Shown here one piece after another: positions 9,415-19,308 of a stretch of DNA of 64,000 nt. A program made the translations under genes and the position numbers. Position 1 is the first letter of the stretch. Every line of letters starts with the position of its first letter. Source of the stretch: Candidatus Zixiibacteriota bacterium (lineage in GTDB: Bacteria > Electryoneota > B3-LCP); assembly GCA_003599535.1 (NCBI GenBank), contig QZKQ01000131.1:22612-86611 (forward strand), read 5' to 3'. The notes under the pieces were generated by a model that saw only the letters and a list, made by a program, of their open reading frames with translations, was not told where the DNA came from and searched no databases.

Positions 9415-9418
9415 CGCA

Positions 9419-11620
9419 GTGAATCTGAACGATTTAAGCCCCGCCCAGAAGAAGGCGGTCGAAGAATACCGGGGCCCGGTGCTGGTGCTGGCCGGCGCGG
9501 GCAGCGGCAAGACCCGCGTGATCACCTACCGCATCGCTTTCCTGCTGCGCGAGCGCCTGGCGCGTCCCGGGGAAATCCTGGCCGTGACCTTCACCAACAA
9601 GGCCGCCGCGGAAATGCGCGAGCGGGTCAGCCAGCTCCTGGAAGGCCACACCGGGGATCTCTACCTGGGCACCTTCCACGCCTTCGGGGCGCGTTTCCTG
9701 CGCCGGCACGCGGAAGCCTTCGGCCGCACCTCCCGGTTTACCATCTACGACGATGATGACCAGAACCGCCTGGTTCGCGGCCTGCTGAAGCAGTCCGCCG
9801 ACGACAAGGACAAGGGTTGGTTGCAAGCCCTGCGCCATTTCGTGGCCGAGGTGAAGGGAAACTTGAAGAGTCCGGAATTAGCCGCCGCCCAGGCGGAGAA
9901 ATCCCGGGGTAATTACCTGCTCGACCTCTACTATCAATACGAAGCGGCGCTGAAAAACAATAATGCCTTCGATTTCGACGACCTGATCAGCCTGCCCTGC
10001 CATCTGCTGCAGAACGACGCCGACCTGCTGGCCCGCTACCGCGACCGGTTCCGCTACGTGCTGATTGACGAATTTCAGGACACCAACATCCCCCAGGGGG
10101 AGATGGCCCGCCTGCTGGCCGCGCCTTCGGGCAACATCACCGCGGTGGGCGACGACGATCAGTCCATCTACGGCTGGCGGGGCGCCTGCATCGGCAACAT
10201 TCTGCAATTCGAGCACGATTACCAGGGCGTGCGGGTCTTCCGCCTGGAACAGAACTACCGCTCCACCCAGGCCATCCTGGAGACCGCCTACCAGGTGATC
10301 AAGAACAACGCCGCCCGCCACGCCAAGAAGCTCTGGACCGCCCGCCAGGGAGGCGACAAGCCGCGTGTCCTGCCGGCCAATGACGACCGGGAAGAAGCCC
10401 GCATTATCGTGGAGAAAATTCAGGAACTTTTACTCTCCGGACAGTATAATCAGGGAGACGTGGTCATTCTCTACCGCACCAACGCTCAATCCCGGTCCCT
10501 GGAAGACGCCCTGCGCCAGAACGCCCTCCCCTACATGATCGTAGGGGGCTTGCGTTTCTATGAGCGGCGGGAGATCAAGGATTTCCTGGCCTACCTGCGG
10601 CTGCTGGTCAACCCCAGCGACGTCCTGGGCCTGCAGCGGGTCATCAACCTGCCGGCACGGGGCATCGGGGACAAGACCGTCCAGCGCTTGCGGGCCCACG
10701 CCGCACAGCGGGAAATTTCCCTGTTCGAGGCCGTCCTGAATGCCGCCGAGATAGAGGATTTAAGCCCCCGCACCGCCGCCAAGGTCGCCGAATTCGGAAA
10801 GTGGATCGTGGACCTGCAGGCCTTCGCCGGTAAGGAAAGCCTGCACCGGGTGGGGGAGAGGCTGATGCACGAATCCGGCCTCCTGCCCCACTACCAGAAA
10901 GAGGACGCGGCAGAATTCAAGAACCGCCAGGAAAACTTAAGCGAATTGCTGAACGCCCTGCGCGAGTACAGCTTCGAAAGCCGCAATACCGGCCTGGACG
11001 ACCTGGACAGCTTTCTGCAGGAAGTCGCGCTGGTGACCGACGTGGACCGCTGGGATGCCGACCGGAAGGCCGTCACCCTGATGACCCTGCACGCGGCCAA
11101 GGGGCTGGAATTCCCCGTGGTGTTCATGTCCGGCCTGGAGGACGGGTTGTTTCCCTTGCAGAACAGTTCCGGCAGCCTGGATGAGATCGAGGAAGAACGG
11201 CGGCTGTTCTACGTGGGCGCCACCCGGGCCAAGGACCGCCTGTTCCTGACCTACGCCCGCCATCGCATGCGCTGGGGACAGGAGATCGCCTGGCAGCGGC
11301 CTTCCCGCTTCCTGAAAGAGATCCCCGAGGAGCTGCTGGATTACGAAAATGAGCGCGAAACGGCTCCGGCGGCCAACAGGACCGAAGGTCTGTTCCGTAG
11401 CAATAAACGGCGTGACTCTGTCGCGCCGCTGGTGAAACGTCCGCCCGCCACCGAAGACGCTTATCCCCTGGGTTCCCGCGTCCGTCACGCGCAGTTCGGC
11501 GAAGGCGTGGTCATTCACGCCGAAGGCCGCGACGAATCCCTCCGGCTCCTGGTCAATTTTGAATCGGCCGGCCAGAAGCTGCTTCTGGCCAAGTACGCCA
11601 AGCTGCAGAGAATTCCCTGA
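9419..11620 (+). CDS. pcrA: ATP-dependent DNA helicase, UvrD/PcrA family
   Basis: Helicase motifs GAGSGKT, DEFQDTN, VGDDDQSIY, QNYRST, LHAAKGLEF, GATRAKDRL. Probable GTG start at 9419. The ORF-track start at 9275 overlaps mltG and is rejected. Confidence 0.85.
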   Translation: MNLNDLSPAQKKAVEEYRGPVLVLAGAGSGKTRVITYRIAFLLRERLARPGEILAVTFTNKAAAEMRERVSQLLEGHTGDLYLGTFHAFGARFLRRHAEAFGRTSRFTIYDDDDQNRLVRGLLKQSADDKDKGWLQALRHFVAEVKGNLKSPELAAAQAEKSRGNYLLDLYYQYEAALKNNNAFDFDDLISLPCHLLQNDADLLARYRDRFRYVLIDEFQDTNIPQGEMARLLAAPSGNITAVGDDDQSIYGWRGACIGNILQFEHDYQGVRVFRLEQNYRSTQAILETAYQVIKNNAARHAKKLWTARQGGDKPRVLPANDDREEARIIVEKIQELLLSGQYNQGDVVILYRTNAQSRSLEDALRQNALPYMIVGGLRFYERREIKDFLAYLRLLVNPSDVLGLQRVINLPARGIGDKTVQRLRAHAAQREISLFEAVLNAAEIEDLSPRTAAKVAEFGKWIVDLQAFAGKESLHRVGERLMHESGLLPHYQKEDAAEFKNRQENLSELLNALREYSFESRNTGLDDLDSFLQEVALVTDVDRWDADRKAVTLMTLHAAKGLEFPVVFMSGLEDGLFPLQNSSGSLDEIEEERRLFYVGATRAKDRLFLTYARHRMRWGQEIAWQRPSRFLKEIPEELLDYENERETAPAANRTEGLFRSNKRRDSVAPLVKRPPATEDAYPLGSRVRHAQFGEGVVIHAEGRDESLRLLVNFESAGQKLLLAKYAKLQRIP

Positions 11621-11621
11621 C

Positions 11622-12458
11622 ATGACCGAATTGTCTCAACTGGTGAGCGCCGCTCTGCGCGAAGACGTGGGCGAGGCCGATTGGACCACCCGGCTGCTGC
11701 TTGACCCGCAGACCGCGGGGACCGCCAAAGTCATGGCCAAGGCCCCGGGAATCCTGTCGGGACTGGAACCTTTCGTTGAAGTTTTCCGCCAGGTTGACGA
11801 TCAGATAGTGGTCCGGCCGCAATGCCGCGAAGGCGACCGCCTGTCCCCCGGCGAGGTCGCCGTCTACGTGGAAGGGCGGCTGGGCGGGATCATGACGGGC
11901 GAGCGCACCGCCTTGAACTTTCTGCAGCGGCTCTCCGGCATCGCCACCCTGACGGCGCGGTTCGTGGAAGCGGTGGAGGGGACCCGGGCGGTCATCCTGG
12001 ACACCCGCAAGACCACGCCCGGCCTGCGCCTCCTGGAGAAGGCGGCCGTGCGGCACGGCGGCGGATCCAACCACCGCCTGGGCTTGTACGACATGATATT
12101 GATTAAGGACAACCACGTGGCCGCCGCCGGGGGTGTCACGGCGGCCCTGCAGCAGACCCGCCAGGCCCTGGCCCACGCCGGGCGCAACCTGCCCATCGAG
12201 GTGGAAGTCCAGAACCTGGAGCAGTTGGACGAAGCCCTGGCGCTGCGCCCTGATCGCATTCTGTTGGATAATTTTTCCCTGGACCAGATCCGCCGCGCGG
12301 TGGAAACCGCGGCCGGCCGGGTGCCCCTGGAAGTTTCCGGCGGCGTCACCCTGGAGGGCGTGCGCGAGGTGGCGCACTGCGGCGTGGATTACATTTCCGT
12401 GGGCGCCCTGACCCATTCGGCGCCCGCCCTGGATCTCAGCCTCCTGTTGATGGCATGA
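11622..12458 (+). CDS. nadC: Nicotinate-nucleotide pyrophosphorylase (carboxylating) / quinolinate phosphoribosyltransferase
   Basis: Conserved QPRTase motifs (GERTALNFLQRLSGIAT, ILDTRKTTPGLR, DMILIKDNH). ATG lies 1 nt after the helicase stop. Confidence 0.85.
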   Translation: MTELSQLVSAALREDVGEADWTTRLLLDPQTAGTAKVMAKAPGILSGLEPFVEVFRQVDDQIVVRPQCREGDRLSPGEVAVYVEGRLGGIMTGERTALNFLQRLSGIATLTARFVEAVEGTRAVILDTRKTTPGLRLLEKAAVRHGGGSNHRLGLYDMILIKDNHVAAAGGVTAALQQTRQALAHAGRNLPIEVEVQNLEQLDEALALRPDRILLDNFSLDQIRRAVETAAGRVPLEVSGGVTLEGVREVAHCGVDYISVGALTHSAPALDLSLLLMA

Positions 12459-15061
12459 ATCGCGGCGATATCAAAATATTGGTCGGTGATACCGACCAGA
12501 AGTCTCTTCAGCGCCTGCGCAAGATCCTGGCGGAAGAGTCGTACGGGGTGTGGACTTCCGACGACGCGGGGGAACTGCTGCGCATCTACGAGGCCGGCAC
12601 GTTCGATCTGCTGATCCTGGACGTGCGCCTCTACGCCCAATTGCGCCGGCAGCGCTTCCCCGTCGAACCCCAGGCGGAACACTTCCCCCTGATCATCGTG
12701 ATGACCGGCGAAGAGGATTTTCCCGCCACTGTGGAGGCCATCAAGGAAGGGGCCATTGACTTCCTGGAACGGCCCATCCGCGTCAAACGGCTCCTGATAA
12801 CCATCCGCAACGCGCTGCAGCACCGCCACAAGCTCCAGGAGATGCGCCGCGATCAACAGGAGCTGGCCTTCCTGAAGGAGCTCTACGAGCGCATCATCAA
12901 CGGCATTGATTACGGCATCGTGGTGCTCGATTCCAACCTGCGCATCGAATCCATCAACGAATATCTGAAGCGCAAGCAGCGCAAGGACACGTCCCGCTCA
13001 CTGGGCCGACCCTGCTATCGCTTCTTCTACGACCGCCGCACCATCTGCAATGACTGCCGCATCAAGGAGGTGTTCGAGACGGGGGCGCCGGTCCGGTATA
13101 AGCTGGTGCAAAAGACCGCCTGGGGCACGCAGCACTACATGGAGGTCGAGGCTTTCCCGCTGTTCGACCCCGAAGGCCGGGTCAACCGGGTGGTGCAACT
13201 GATCAAGGACGTCACCGAGCGGGTGAAGCTCGAACAGGAACTACGGGAGAAGAAGGATTACCTGGAAAACCTGCTGTCGCACGCTCCGGTGGGCATTTTT
13301 TCCACGGATTCCCGGGGATTCATTCAGGCGGCCAATCCGGCTTTCGCCCAGATCATCGGCGCCCGGGAATCGTCCGATGCCCTGGGTTTGAATGTGCTGG
13401 AATTCGAGGATTTCCGCAAGAACGGACTGGATCAGAAGTTCCGGCTGGTGCTGGAGAAGGGCGAACCGCAGGAAGTCGAGCGCCTGGCCTGCGAATCCAG
13501 TTGGGGACACAGCAGCATTTGTTCTCTCCGTTGCGTACCACTACGAGGGGAAGGCGGCGCCATCGCCGGATTGATCGCCACGGTCGAGGACGTCACCACC
13601 AAGCACCAGTTGGAGGAGAGTTACCAGAAGCGCATCGCCGAACTGACCAACTTCAAGGAAGTAGGCGAGCTCCTGCAAAGCACGGTGGATCTGGCGGACA
13701 TCTACGCCATCACCCTGATCGGCGTGACCGCGGGCATGGGCCTGGGATTCAACCGCGCCTTTCTGTTGCGTTACGACCGCGGCAGCAACACCCTGATCGG
13801 CGAAACCGCCATCGGGCCGTCGGACGCCGCGGAAGCCGGCCGCATCTGGTCGGAACTGTACGAGAAGAAGCTCTCCCTGAAGGAAATCTTCGACAATTAC
13901 AAGGAAACTCTGGACGACAAGGACGTCAAGGTGCGGGAGGTCGTCAAGCGGCTGCGCATCCCCTTGACATGGGAAGAGGGCCTGTTCCAGGAAGTCCTGT
14001 TCCACAACCTGCCGCAGAACGTGACCGGCGCCTCCCAGGGCCGCTACGCCGACCAGAAACTGATCTCCAAGACCATCGGCAGCGACGCGTTCGCCGTGGT
14101 GCCATTGATCAGCCGGGGCAAGGCTGAAGGCGTCATTATCGCCGACAACCTGATTACCGGAAAGGAGATCACCGACGAGGACGTCAAGCGGCTCTCCATC
14201 ATCACCAACCAGGCCGGCACGGTAATCGAAAACACCCGGCTGCTGCGCAACCTGGAAGAGAAGGTCGAAGCGCTGCGCCTGGCTTACCTGGACTTGAAAG
14301 AGAACCGAGACCGGCTGCTGCGCGCCGAACGGCTGTCCGCCGTGGGTGAAGTGGCGGCCATGGTGGCCCACGAGATCCGCAACCCCTTGACCTCCATCGG
14401 CGGGTTCGCCCGCGCGGTGATGCGGGACATGGGAAAGGCCGAGAAGGCCGAGACGAATCGCCGGTTCCTTAACATCATCCTGGAAGAGGTCAAACGGCTG
14501 GAGCGGATCGTCACCGAGATCCTGGGGTTCATCCGCCCGCTGACCATGAATTTTACCCCCACCAACCTGCACGAGGTCATTGACCAGACCTTCAGCATGA
14601 TGGCGGGAGAGATAGACGAGACCAAGATCATCGTGACCCGGGACTACCAGCCCAATCTACCCGCGGTCATGGCGGACGCCGACCAGATTCGCCAGGTGCT
14701 GCTGAACCTGCTGCGCAACGCCCTGCATGCCATGCATAACGAAGGGATGCTGTCGGTCATCACCGAGACGGTGGAGGACAATATCCGCATCTACATCGCC
14801 GACACCGGGGAAGGCATCCGCGCCGAGCATCTGGACAAGCTATTCAACGCCTTTTTTACCACCAAGGCCAGCGGGTCGGGTCTGGGCCTGACGATCTGCA
14901 TGCAGATCATCCGCGGGCATGGGGGAACCATCGAAGTGGACAGCCGGGAAGGCGAAGGATCCACTTTCATCGTTACGCTTCCGGTAAGACGGGAGGAGGT
15001 TGATCATGAAGAAGCGAATTCTCGTGGTGGACGACGAGAAGAACCTGCGAATTCTGTATGA
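12455..15061 (+). CDS. Multi-sensor hybrid histidine kinase: degenerate receiver, two PAS, GAF, HisKA, HATPase_c
   Basis: N-terminal CheY-like fold with the conserved Lys replaced (FLERP). PAS-like segments. GAF-like region. H-box HEIRNPLTSI. N/G1/G2 boxes LLNLLRNALHAM ... DTGEGI ... GSGLGL. Confidence 0.8.
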   Translation: MNRGDIKILVGDTDQKSLQRLRKILAEESYGVWTSDDAGELLRIYEAGTFDLLILDVRLYAQLRRQRFPVEPQAEHFPLIIVMTGEEDFPATVEAIKEGAIDFLERPIRVKRLLITIRNALQHRHKLQEMRRDQQELAFLKELYERIINGIDYGIVVLDSNLRIESINEYLKRKQRKDTSRSLGRPCYRFFYDRRTICNDCRIKEVFETGAPVRYKLVQKTAWGTQHYMEVEAFPLFDPEGRVNRVVQLIKDVTERVKLEQELREKKDYLENLLSHAPVGIFSTDSRGFIQAANPAFAQIIGARESSDALGLNVLEFEDFRKNGLDQKFRLVLEKGEPQEVERLACESSWGHSSICSLRCVPLRGEGGAIAGLIATVEDVTTKHQLEESYQKRIAELTNFKEVGELLQSTVDLADIYAITLIGVTAGMGLGFNRAFLLRYDRGSNTLIGETAIGPSDAAEAGRIWSELYEKKLSLKEIFDNYKETLDDKDVKVREVVKRLRIPLTWEEGLFQEVLFHNLPQNVTGASQGRYADQKLISKTIGSDAFAVVPLISRGKAEGVIIADNLITGKEITDEDVKRLSIITNQAGTVIENTRLLRNLEEKVEALRLAYLDLKENRDRLLRAERLSAVGEVAAMVAHEIRNPLTSIGGFARAVMRDMGKAEKAETNRRFLNIILEEVKRLERIVTEILGFIRPLTMNFTPTNLHEVIDQTFSMMAGEIDETKIIVTRDYQPNLPAVMADADQIRQVLLNLLRNALHAMHNEGMLSVITETVEDNIRIYIADTGEGIRAEHLDKLFNAFFTTKASGSGLGLTICMQIIRGHGGTIEVDSREGEGSTFIVTLPVRREEVDHEEANSRGGRREEPANSV

Positions 15062-15359
15062 GGAGGAACTGAAGGCGGAAGGATACGGCGTGGACGTGGC
15101 CGATTCCGCCGACATGGCTTTTCGCCTCCTGGATGAGAATACCTATGACGTCATCGTTCTCGATATCCAGATGCCGGGAATGAACGGCCTGGAAGCCATG
15201 GGACATATCCTGCACAAGAACCGCAAGCAGACCATTATCTTGAATACTGCCTATTCCCAGTTCAAGGATGACTTCGAATCCTGGTCCGCGGATGCCTACG
15301 TGGTGAAGTCCGGCGATCTGACGGAACTGAAGGATAAGATCCGGGAGTTGGTGGGCTGA
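15006..15359 (+). CDS. Single-domain response regulator (CheY-like receiver)
   Basis: ILVVDDE, VIVLDIQMPGMNG, VKS. 118 aa. GGAGGAGG sits 6 nt upstream of the ATG. Overlaps the kinase 3' end. The stop overlaps the next gene's start (TGATG). Confidence 0.8.
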   Translation: MKKRILVVDDEKNLRILYEEELKAEGYGVDVADSADMAFRLLDENTYDVIVLDIQMPGMNGLEAMGHILHKNRKQTIILNTAYSQFKDDFESWSADAYVVKSGDLTELKDKIRELVG

Positions 15360-17503
15360 TGTCCATGGCCGGCAAGCTCAATGTCGCGTTTCTGTGGCAC
15401 ATGCATCAACCCGATTACCGGGATCCCGGCACCGGTCAACCCCTCATGCCCTGGGTGCGGTTGCACGGCCTTAAAGGTTACACCGACATGCTCGAGGCTG
15501 TCCGCCGCTTTCCCGAGATCCGGGTGACCTTCAATTTCGCTCCGGTGCTGGTCAAGCAGTTGGTGGCCCTGACCCTGGAGGGGCAAACCGACCACTACTG
15601 GGATCTGACCGCCAAACCGGGCGAAGAGTTGGAAATCGGCGAGCGCAAGCACATCCTGCGACACTTCTTCTCGGCCAACTGGGAAACCATGGTGCTGAAG
15701 TATCCCCGCTACCGGGATCTGTTGCACCGCCGCGGCCGGGACGTGTCGGAAGCGGAACTGGAGCGTGCGGCCGGGCGGTTTTCCGACCAGGATCTGCGCG
15801 ACCTGCAGGTGTGGTTCAACTTGGCCTGGTTCGGATGGGCCGCCGAAGAGCGCCACCCGCAGATCCGGGAATGGAAGCGCAAGGGGAGGAATTTCAGCGA
15901 AGAAGATAAGCTGGCCGTCCTCCAGATGCAAAAGGAGGTACTGTCCCGCATCCTGCCCGACTACCGGGCCGCGTGGGAACAGGAGGCCATCGAAATCTCC
16001 GCCTCGCCCTTCTACCATCCCATCCTGCCGCTCCTGGTGGACAGCGGCGCGGCGCGCATTTGCCAGCCGCGGGACGACATGCCAGACAAGCCGTTCATGC
16101 GTCCGGACGATGCCCGGGAGCAGTTGCGCCGGGCGATGGAATACACCAAAAAACATTTGGGCCGGGCTCCGGAAGGGCTGTGGCCCAGCGAGGGATCGGT
16201 AAGCCCCAAGGCGGCCGAATTCGCCGGGGAAGCCGGCTTCCGCTGGATGGCCACCGACGAGGCCGTGCTCATGGCCACCCTGGGGCGCGGAAAGCGGGAA
16301 GAGGTGATCTACCAGGGCTACCGGACTTCTCCCAGCGGGCCGGATATCGTCTTCCGCGACCGCTACCTGTCGGATGCCATCGGCTTCCGCTATGCCCGCA
16401 ACACCGCCAAGCAGGCGGTGGACGACCTGCTGGGCCATCTACAGAACATCGCGTCGCACAAGGCGCATCCGGAAAATCATGTGGCTGCGGTCATCCTGGA
16501 CGGCGAGAACGCCTGGGAATACTTCTCCGACGGCGGCCGCCTATTCTTCGAAGAGCTGTACGGCCGGTTGAGCAAGCATCCGCGTTTACGCACGGCCACG
16601 GTTGGCTCCTACCTGAAAGCGCATCCGCCCGAAACCGTGCTGCCGCCCCTGTTCCCGGCCTCCTGGATCCGCTGCTCGTTTCGCATCTGGATCGGCGATC
16701 CCATCAAGAATGTGGCCTGGAACCGGCTGCGGGAGTGCGGCGAGATGATAGACGAGTACCTGAAGAAGCCCCAGAAGCGGGAAGCGGCTCTGCGGGCGCG
16801 CGAATGGCTGCTGGTGGCCGAGGGCAGCGACTGGTTCTGGTGGTACGGCGAACCCAACAATTCCTCCTTCGATGCGGAATTCGACCAGCTCTTCCGCCTG
16901 AACCTGATGCAGGCCTACAAGGAGCTGGGCGTGCCGGTGCCGCCGACCCTGGAACACCCCATAGACGTCAGCGAGATGCCCGAGGAGGTGCCGCTGTTCC
17001 CTATGGAGCCGATCATTGACGGGAAGGAGACCACTTTCTACGAGTGGGTCGGGGCGCGGGTGATAAAGGCCAGCGACCTGTCCGGGGCCATGACCTTCAC
17101 CACCCGGCTGTTCGACCGAGTCTGTTACGGGCTCTCCCCGTCGCACTTTTTCCTGCGGCTGGACCCTTCCGAGCACCTGCGCGACCGCCAGGAGCTGACC
17201 CTGGTCATCCGCTTCATCGGGGAAGGCCAGCCGCGAGTCGAGATGGGGAACCTGGAGGCGCCGGAACACCTGGAGGCGGTGTGGATCCGGGGCGAAACCC
17301 GGCACCCGCTGAAAGCCGCGGCTATCGGCCGAATCATTGAACTGGCCGTTCCCTTCGACCAGTTGCCTCGAGAATTGAATGAGATCCACTTCGCCGTGCT
17401 CCTGAAGCGGGGCGACTTCGAAATAGAACGCTGGCCCCGGCTGGGGACCTACGCCTGCCCCTGGCCTACGCCGGAGTATCTTACCAGAAACTGGGTTATT
17501 TAA
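15359..17503 (+). CDS. Glycoside hydrolase family 57 protein (alpha-amylase / 4-alpha-glucanotransferase type)
   Basis: N-terminal GH57 signature AFLWHMHQP with a Trp-rich catalytic region (WFWWYGEP). 714 aa. Confidence 0.75.
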   Translation: MSMAGKLNVAFLWHMHQPDYRDPGTGQPLMPWVRLHGLKGYTDMLEAVRRFPEIRVTFNFAPVLVKQLVALTLEGQTDHYWDLTAKPGEELEIGERKHILRHFFSANWETMVLKYPRYRDLLHRRGRDVSEAELERAAGRFSDQDLRDLQVWFNLAWFGWAAEERHPQIREWKRKGRNFSEEDKLAVLQMQKEVLSRILPDYRAAWEQEAIEISASPFYHPILPLLVDSGAARICQPRDDMPDKPFMRPDDAREQLRRAMEYTKKHLGRAPEGLWPSEGSVSPKAAEFAGEAGFRWMATDEAVLMATLGRGKREEVIYQGYRTSPSGPDIVFRDRYLSDAIGFRYARNTAKQAVDDLLGHLQNIASHKAHPENHVAAVILDGENAWEYFSDGGRLFFEELYGRLSKHPRLRTATVGSYLKAHPPETVLPPLFPASWIRCSFRIWIGDPIKNVAWNRLRECGEMIDEYLKKPQKREAALRAREWLLVAEGSDWFWWYGEPNNSSFDAEFDQLFRLNLMQAYKELGVPVPPTLEHPIDVSEMPEEVPLFPMEPIIDGKETTFYEWVGARVIKASDLSGAMTFTTRLFDRVCYGLSPSHFFLRLDPSEHLRDRQELTLVIRFIGEGQPRVEMGNLEAPEHLEAVWIRGETRHPLKAAAIGRIIELAVPFDQLPRELNEIHFAVLLKRGDFEIERWPRLGTYACPWPTPEYLTRNWVI

Positions 17504-17517
17504 CGAGAGGTATCGCC

Positions 17518-19308
17518 ATGCCGAATATTGGAGCTTTTAGCCTGGTGCTGCACAGCCACCTTCCGTACGTCATTTCCCACGGGAAATGGCCCCACGGGAT
17601 GGATTGGCTCAACGAAGCCGCGTCAGAAACCTACCTGCCGCTGCTGCGATCCTTCGATCAGTTGGTGGCGGAAGGGATATCCCCCAAGGTGACCATTGAC
17701 ATCACCCCGGTGCTGTGCGAAATGCTGGCGGATCCGGTGTTCAAGGAGGAGTTCATCGCTTACTTGAACATCAAAATCGAAGCCGCCCGCCTGGACGTGC
17801 ACTGGTTCGAGAGCAACCCGCCCGAAGGTGACCAGGAAGCACAGGAACACATGATCCGCCTGGCCCGGAATTGGGAGCGCTTCTACATGGACTTGCTGGA
17901 CGACTTCCGCGGCCGCTACAACCAGGATATCGTGGGCGCATTCCGCCGGCTGCAGGACGATGGCCACCTGGAGGTGATCACCTGCGCGGCCACACACGGC
18001 TATCTGCCACTGCTCTATGAAGACGCCTGCATTGACGCCCAGATCCGCATGGCCGTGGAAAATTACAAGCGGCACTTTGGCCGGCCCCCCCGGGGCATTT
18101 GGCTGCCGGAGAGCGCCTACCGGCCCATGCGGGAATGGAGTTCGCCCCTGGGCAACGACGAGCCCCGGGCGCGCCGCGGCCTGGAGGAATTTCTGGACCG
18201 CCACGGTCTGCGCTACTTCTACGTGGATTCCCACCTGATCGCCGGGGGCAAGGCCATGGGCGTCTACCTGGAACGCTTCGAGGCTCTGAAGAAGTACTGG
18301 CACGAGTTCTCCCGGGGCTACAGCGAACCGGCGGACGAATTCAAGCGCAGCCCCTACCAGACCTACCTGGTGCGGTCGCGCGACGAGTTCATGGGTCGGG
18401 TATCAGCCTTCGTGCGCGATCCTAAAACCGGGCTGCAGGTGTGGTCCGGGGAACACGGATATCCCGGCGATGGTAATTATCTCGATTTCCACCGCAAGCA
18501 CTGGCCCGGCGGTTTGCGCTATTGGCGGGTCACCTCCACCAAGGTGGGCCTGGGCGAAAAGGAAGTGTACAATCCCGACATCGTGGAATCCCGAGTGCAG
18601 GAAAACGCCGGCCACTTCAAGGAGATGATCCGGCAGATCCTGCTGCATGAAGGCCAGGAGGCCGAGGGTTTACCCATCGTCTGCGCCCCCTACGACACCG
18701 AGCTGTTCGGCCACTGGTGGTTCGAAGGCCCGCAATGGATTTACCATGTGCTGAAGTGGGTCAACCAGGATCCGGAACTGGAGGCTATGACCGGAAGTGA
18801 GTACCTGGAGCAGGTGAGCACCCACCGGGTGGTGTCTCTGCCGGAAGGGTCCTGGGGGGAAGGCGGCTTCCACCACATCTGGTTCAACAAGGATACCGAG
18901 TGGACCTGGGAGCTGATTTACCCGGCCGAACGCAAGATGGTGGAAGCGGCCCGCCAGTGGAGCCGACATTCCGACGGCCGGGTCCAGGAAGCGTTGCGCC
19001 AGTTGGCCGTGGAGCTGTTGCTGCTGGAAAGTTCCGATTGGCAGTTCCTGATCTCTACCGTGGCCGCGCGCGATTACGCCGAAACCCGCGTGATCAAGCA
19101 CAACTACGACTTCTGGCGCATCTATGAGCTGCTGGAGAAGCTGACTAACGGGGAGGAGCCGGACCAGGAAGCCTGGGCTCATTACGCCCTGGTGCGGCAG
19201 CGGGATACGCTCTTCCCGCAGGTGGATCCTTCCTGGTGGACCGGGGCGGATTTATCCCCCGATTTACAAAAAGCGTTACCCTTGACCACAGAAACAGTGG
19301 AGTCCTAA
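17518..19308 (+). CDS. GH57-family 1,4-alpha-glucan branching enzyme
   Basis: LVLHSHLPYV N-terminus and overall GH57 layout, as in Thermus/Thermococcus GH57 branching enzymes. 596 aa. Confidence 0.7.
   Translation: MPNIGAFSLVLHSHLPYVISHGKWPHGMDWLNEAASETYLPLLRSFDQLVAEGISPKVTIDITPVLCEMLADPVFKEEFIAYLNIKIEAARLDVHWFESNPPEGDQEAQEHMIRLARNWERFYMDLLDDFRGRYNQDIVGAFRRLQDDGHLEVITCAATHGYLPLLYEDACIDAQIRMAVENYKRHFGRPPRGIWLPESAYRPMREWSSPLGNDEPRARRGLEEFLDRHGLRYFYVDSHLIAGGKAMGVYLERFEALKKYWHEFSRGYSEPADEFKRSPYQTYLVRSRDEFMGRVSAFVRDPKTGLQVWSGEHGYPGDGNYLDFHRKHWPGGLRYWRVTSTKVGLGEKEVYNPDIVESRVQENAGHFKEMIRQILLHEGQEAEGLPIVCAPYDTELFGHWWFEGPQWIYHVLKWVNQDPELEAMTGSEYLEQVSTHRVVSLPEGSWGEGGFHHIWFNKDTEWTWELIYPAERKMVEAARQWSRHSDGRVQEALRQLAVELLLLESSDWQFLISTVAARDYAETRVIKHNYDFWRIYELLEKLTNGEEPDQEAWAHYALVRQRDTLFPQVDPSWWTGADLSPDLQKALPLTTETVES

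Noticed and set aside
9275-9418. Upstream extension of the helicase ORF to 9275
   Set aside because: It would overlap mltG by 140 bp and encode Pro/Arg-rich junk. Conserved helicase sequence begins just after the GTG at 9419.
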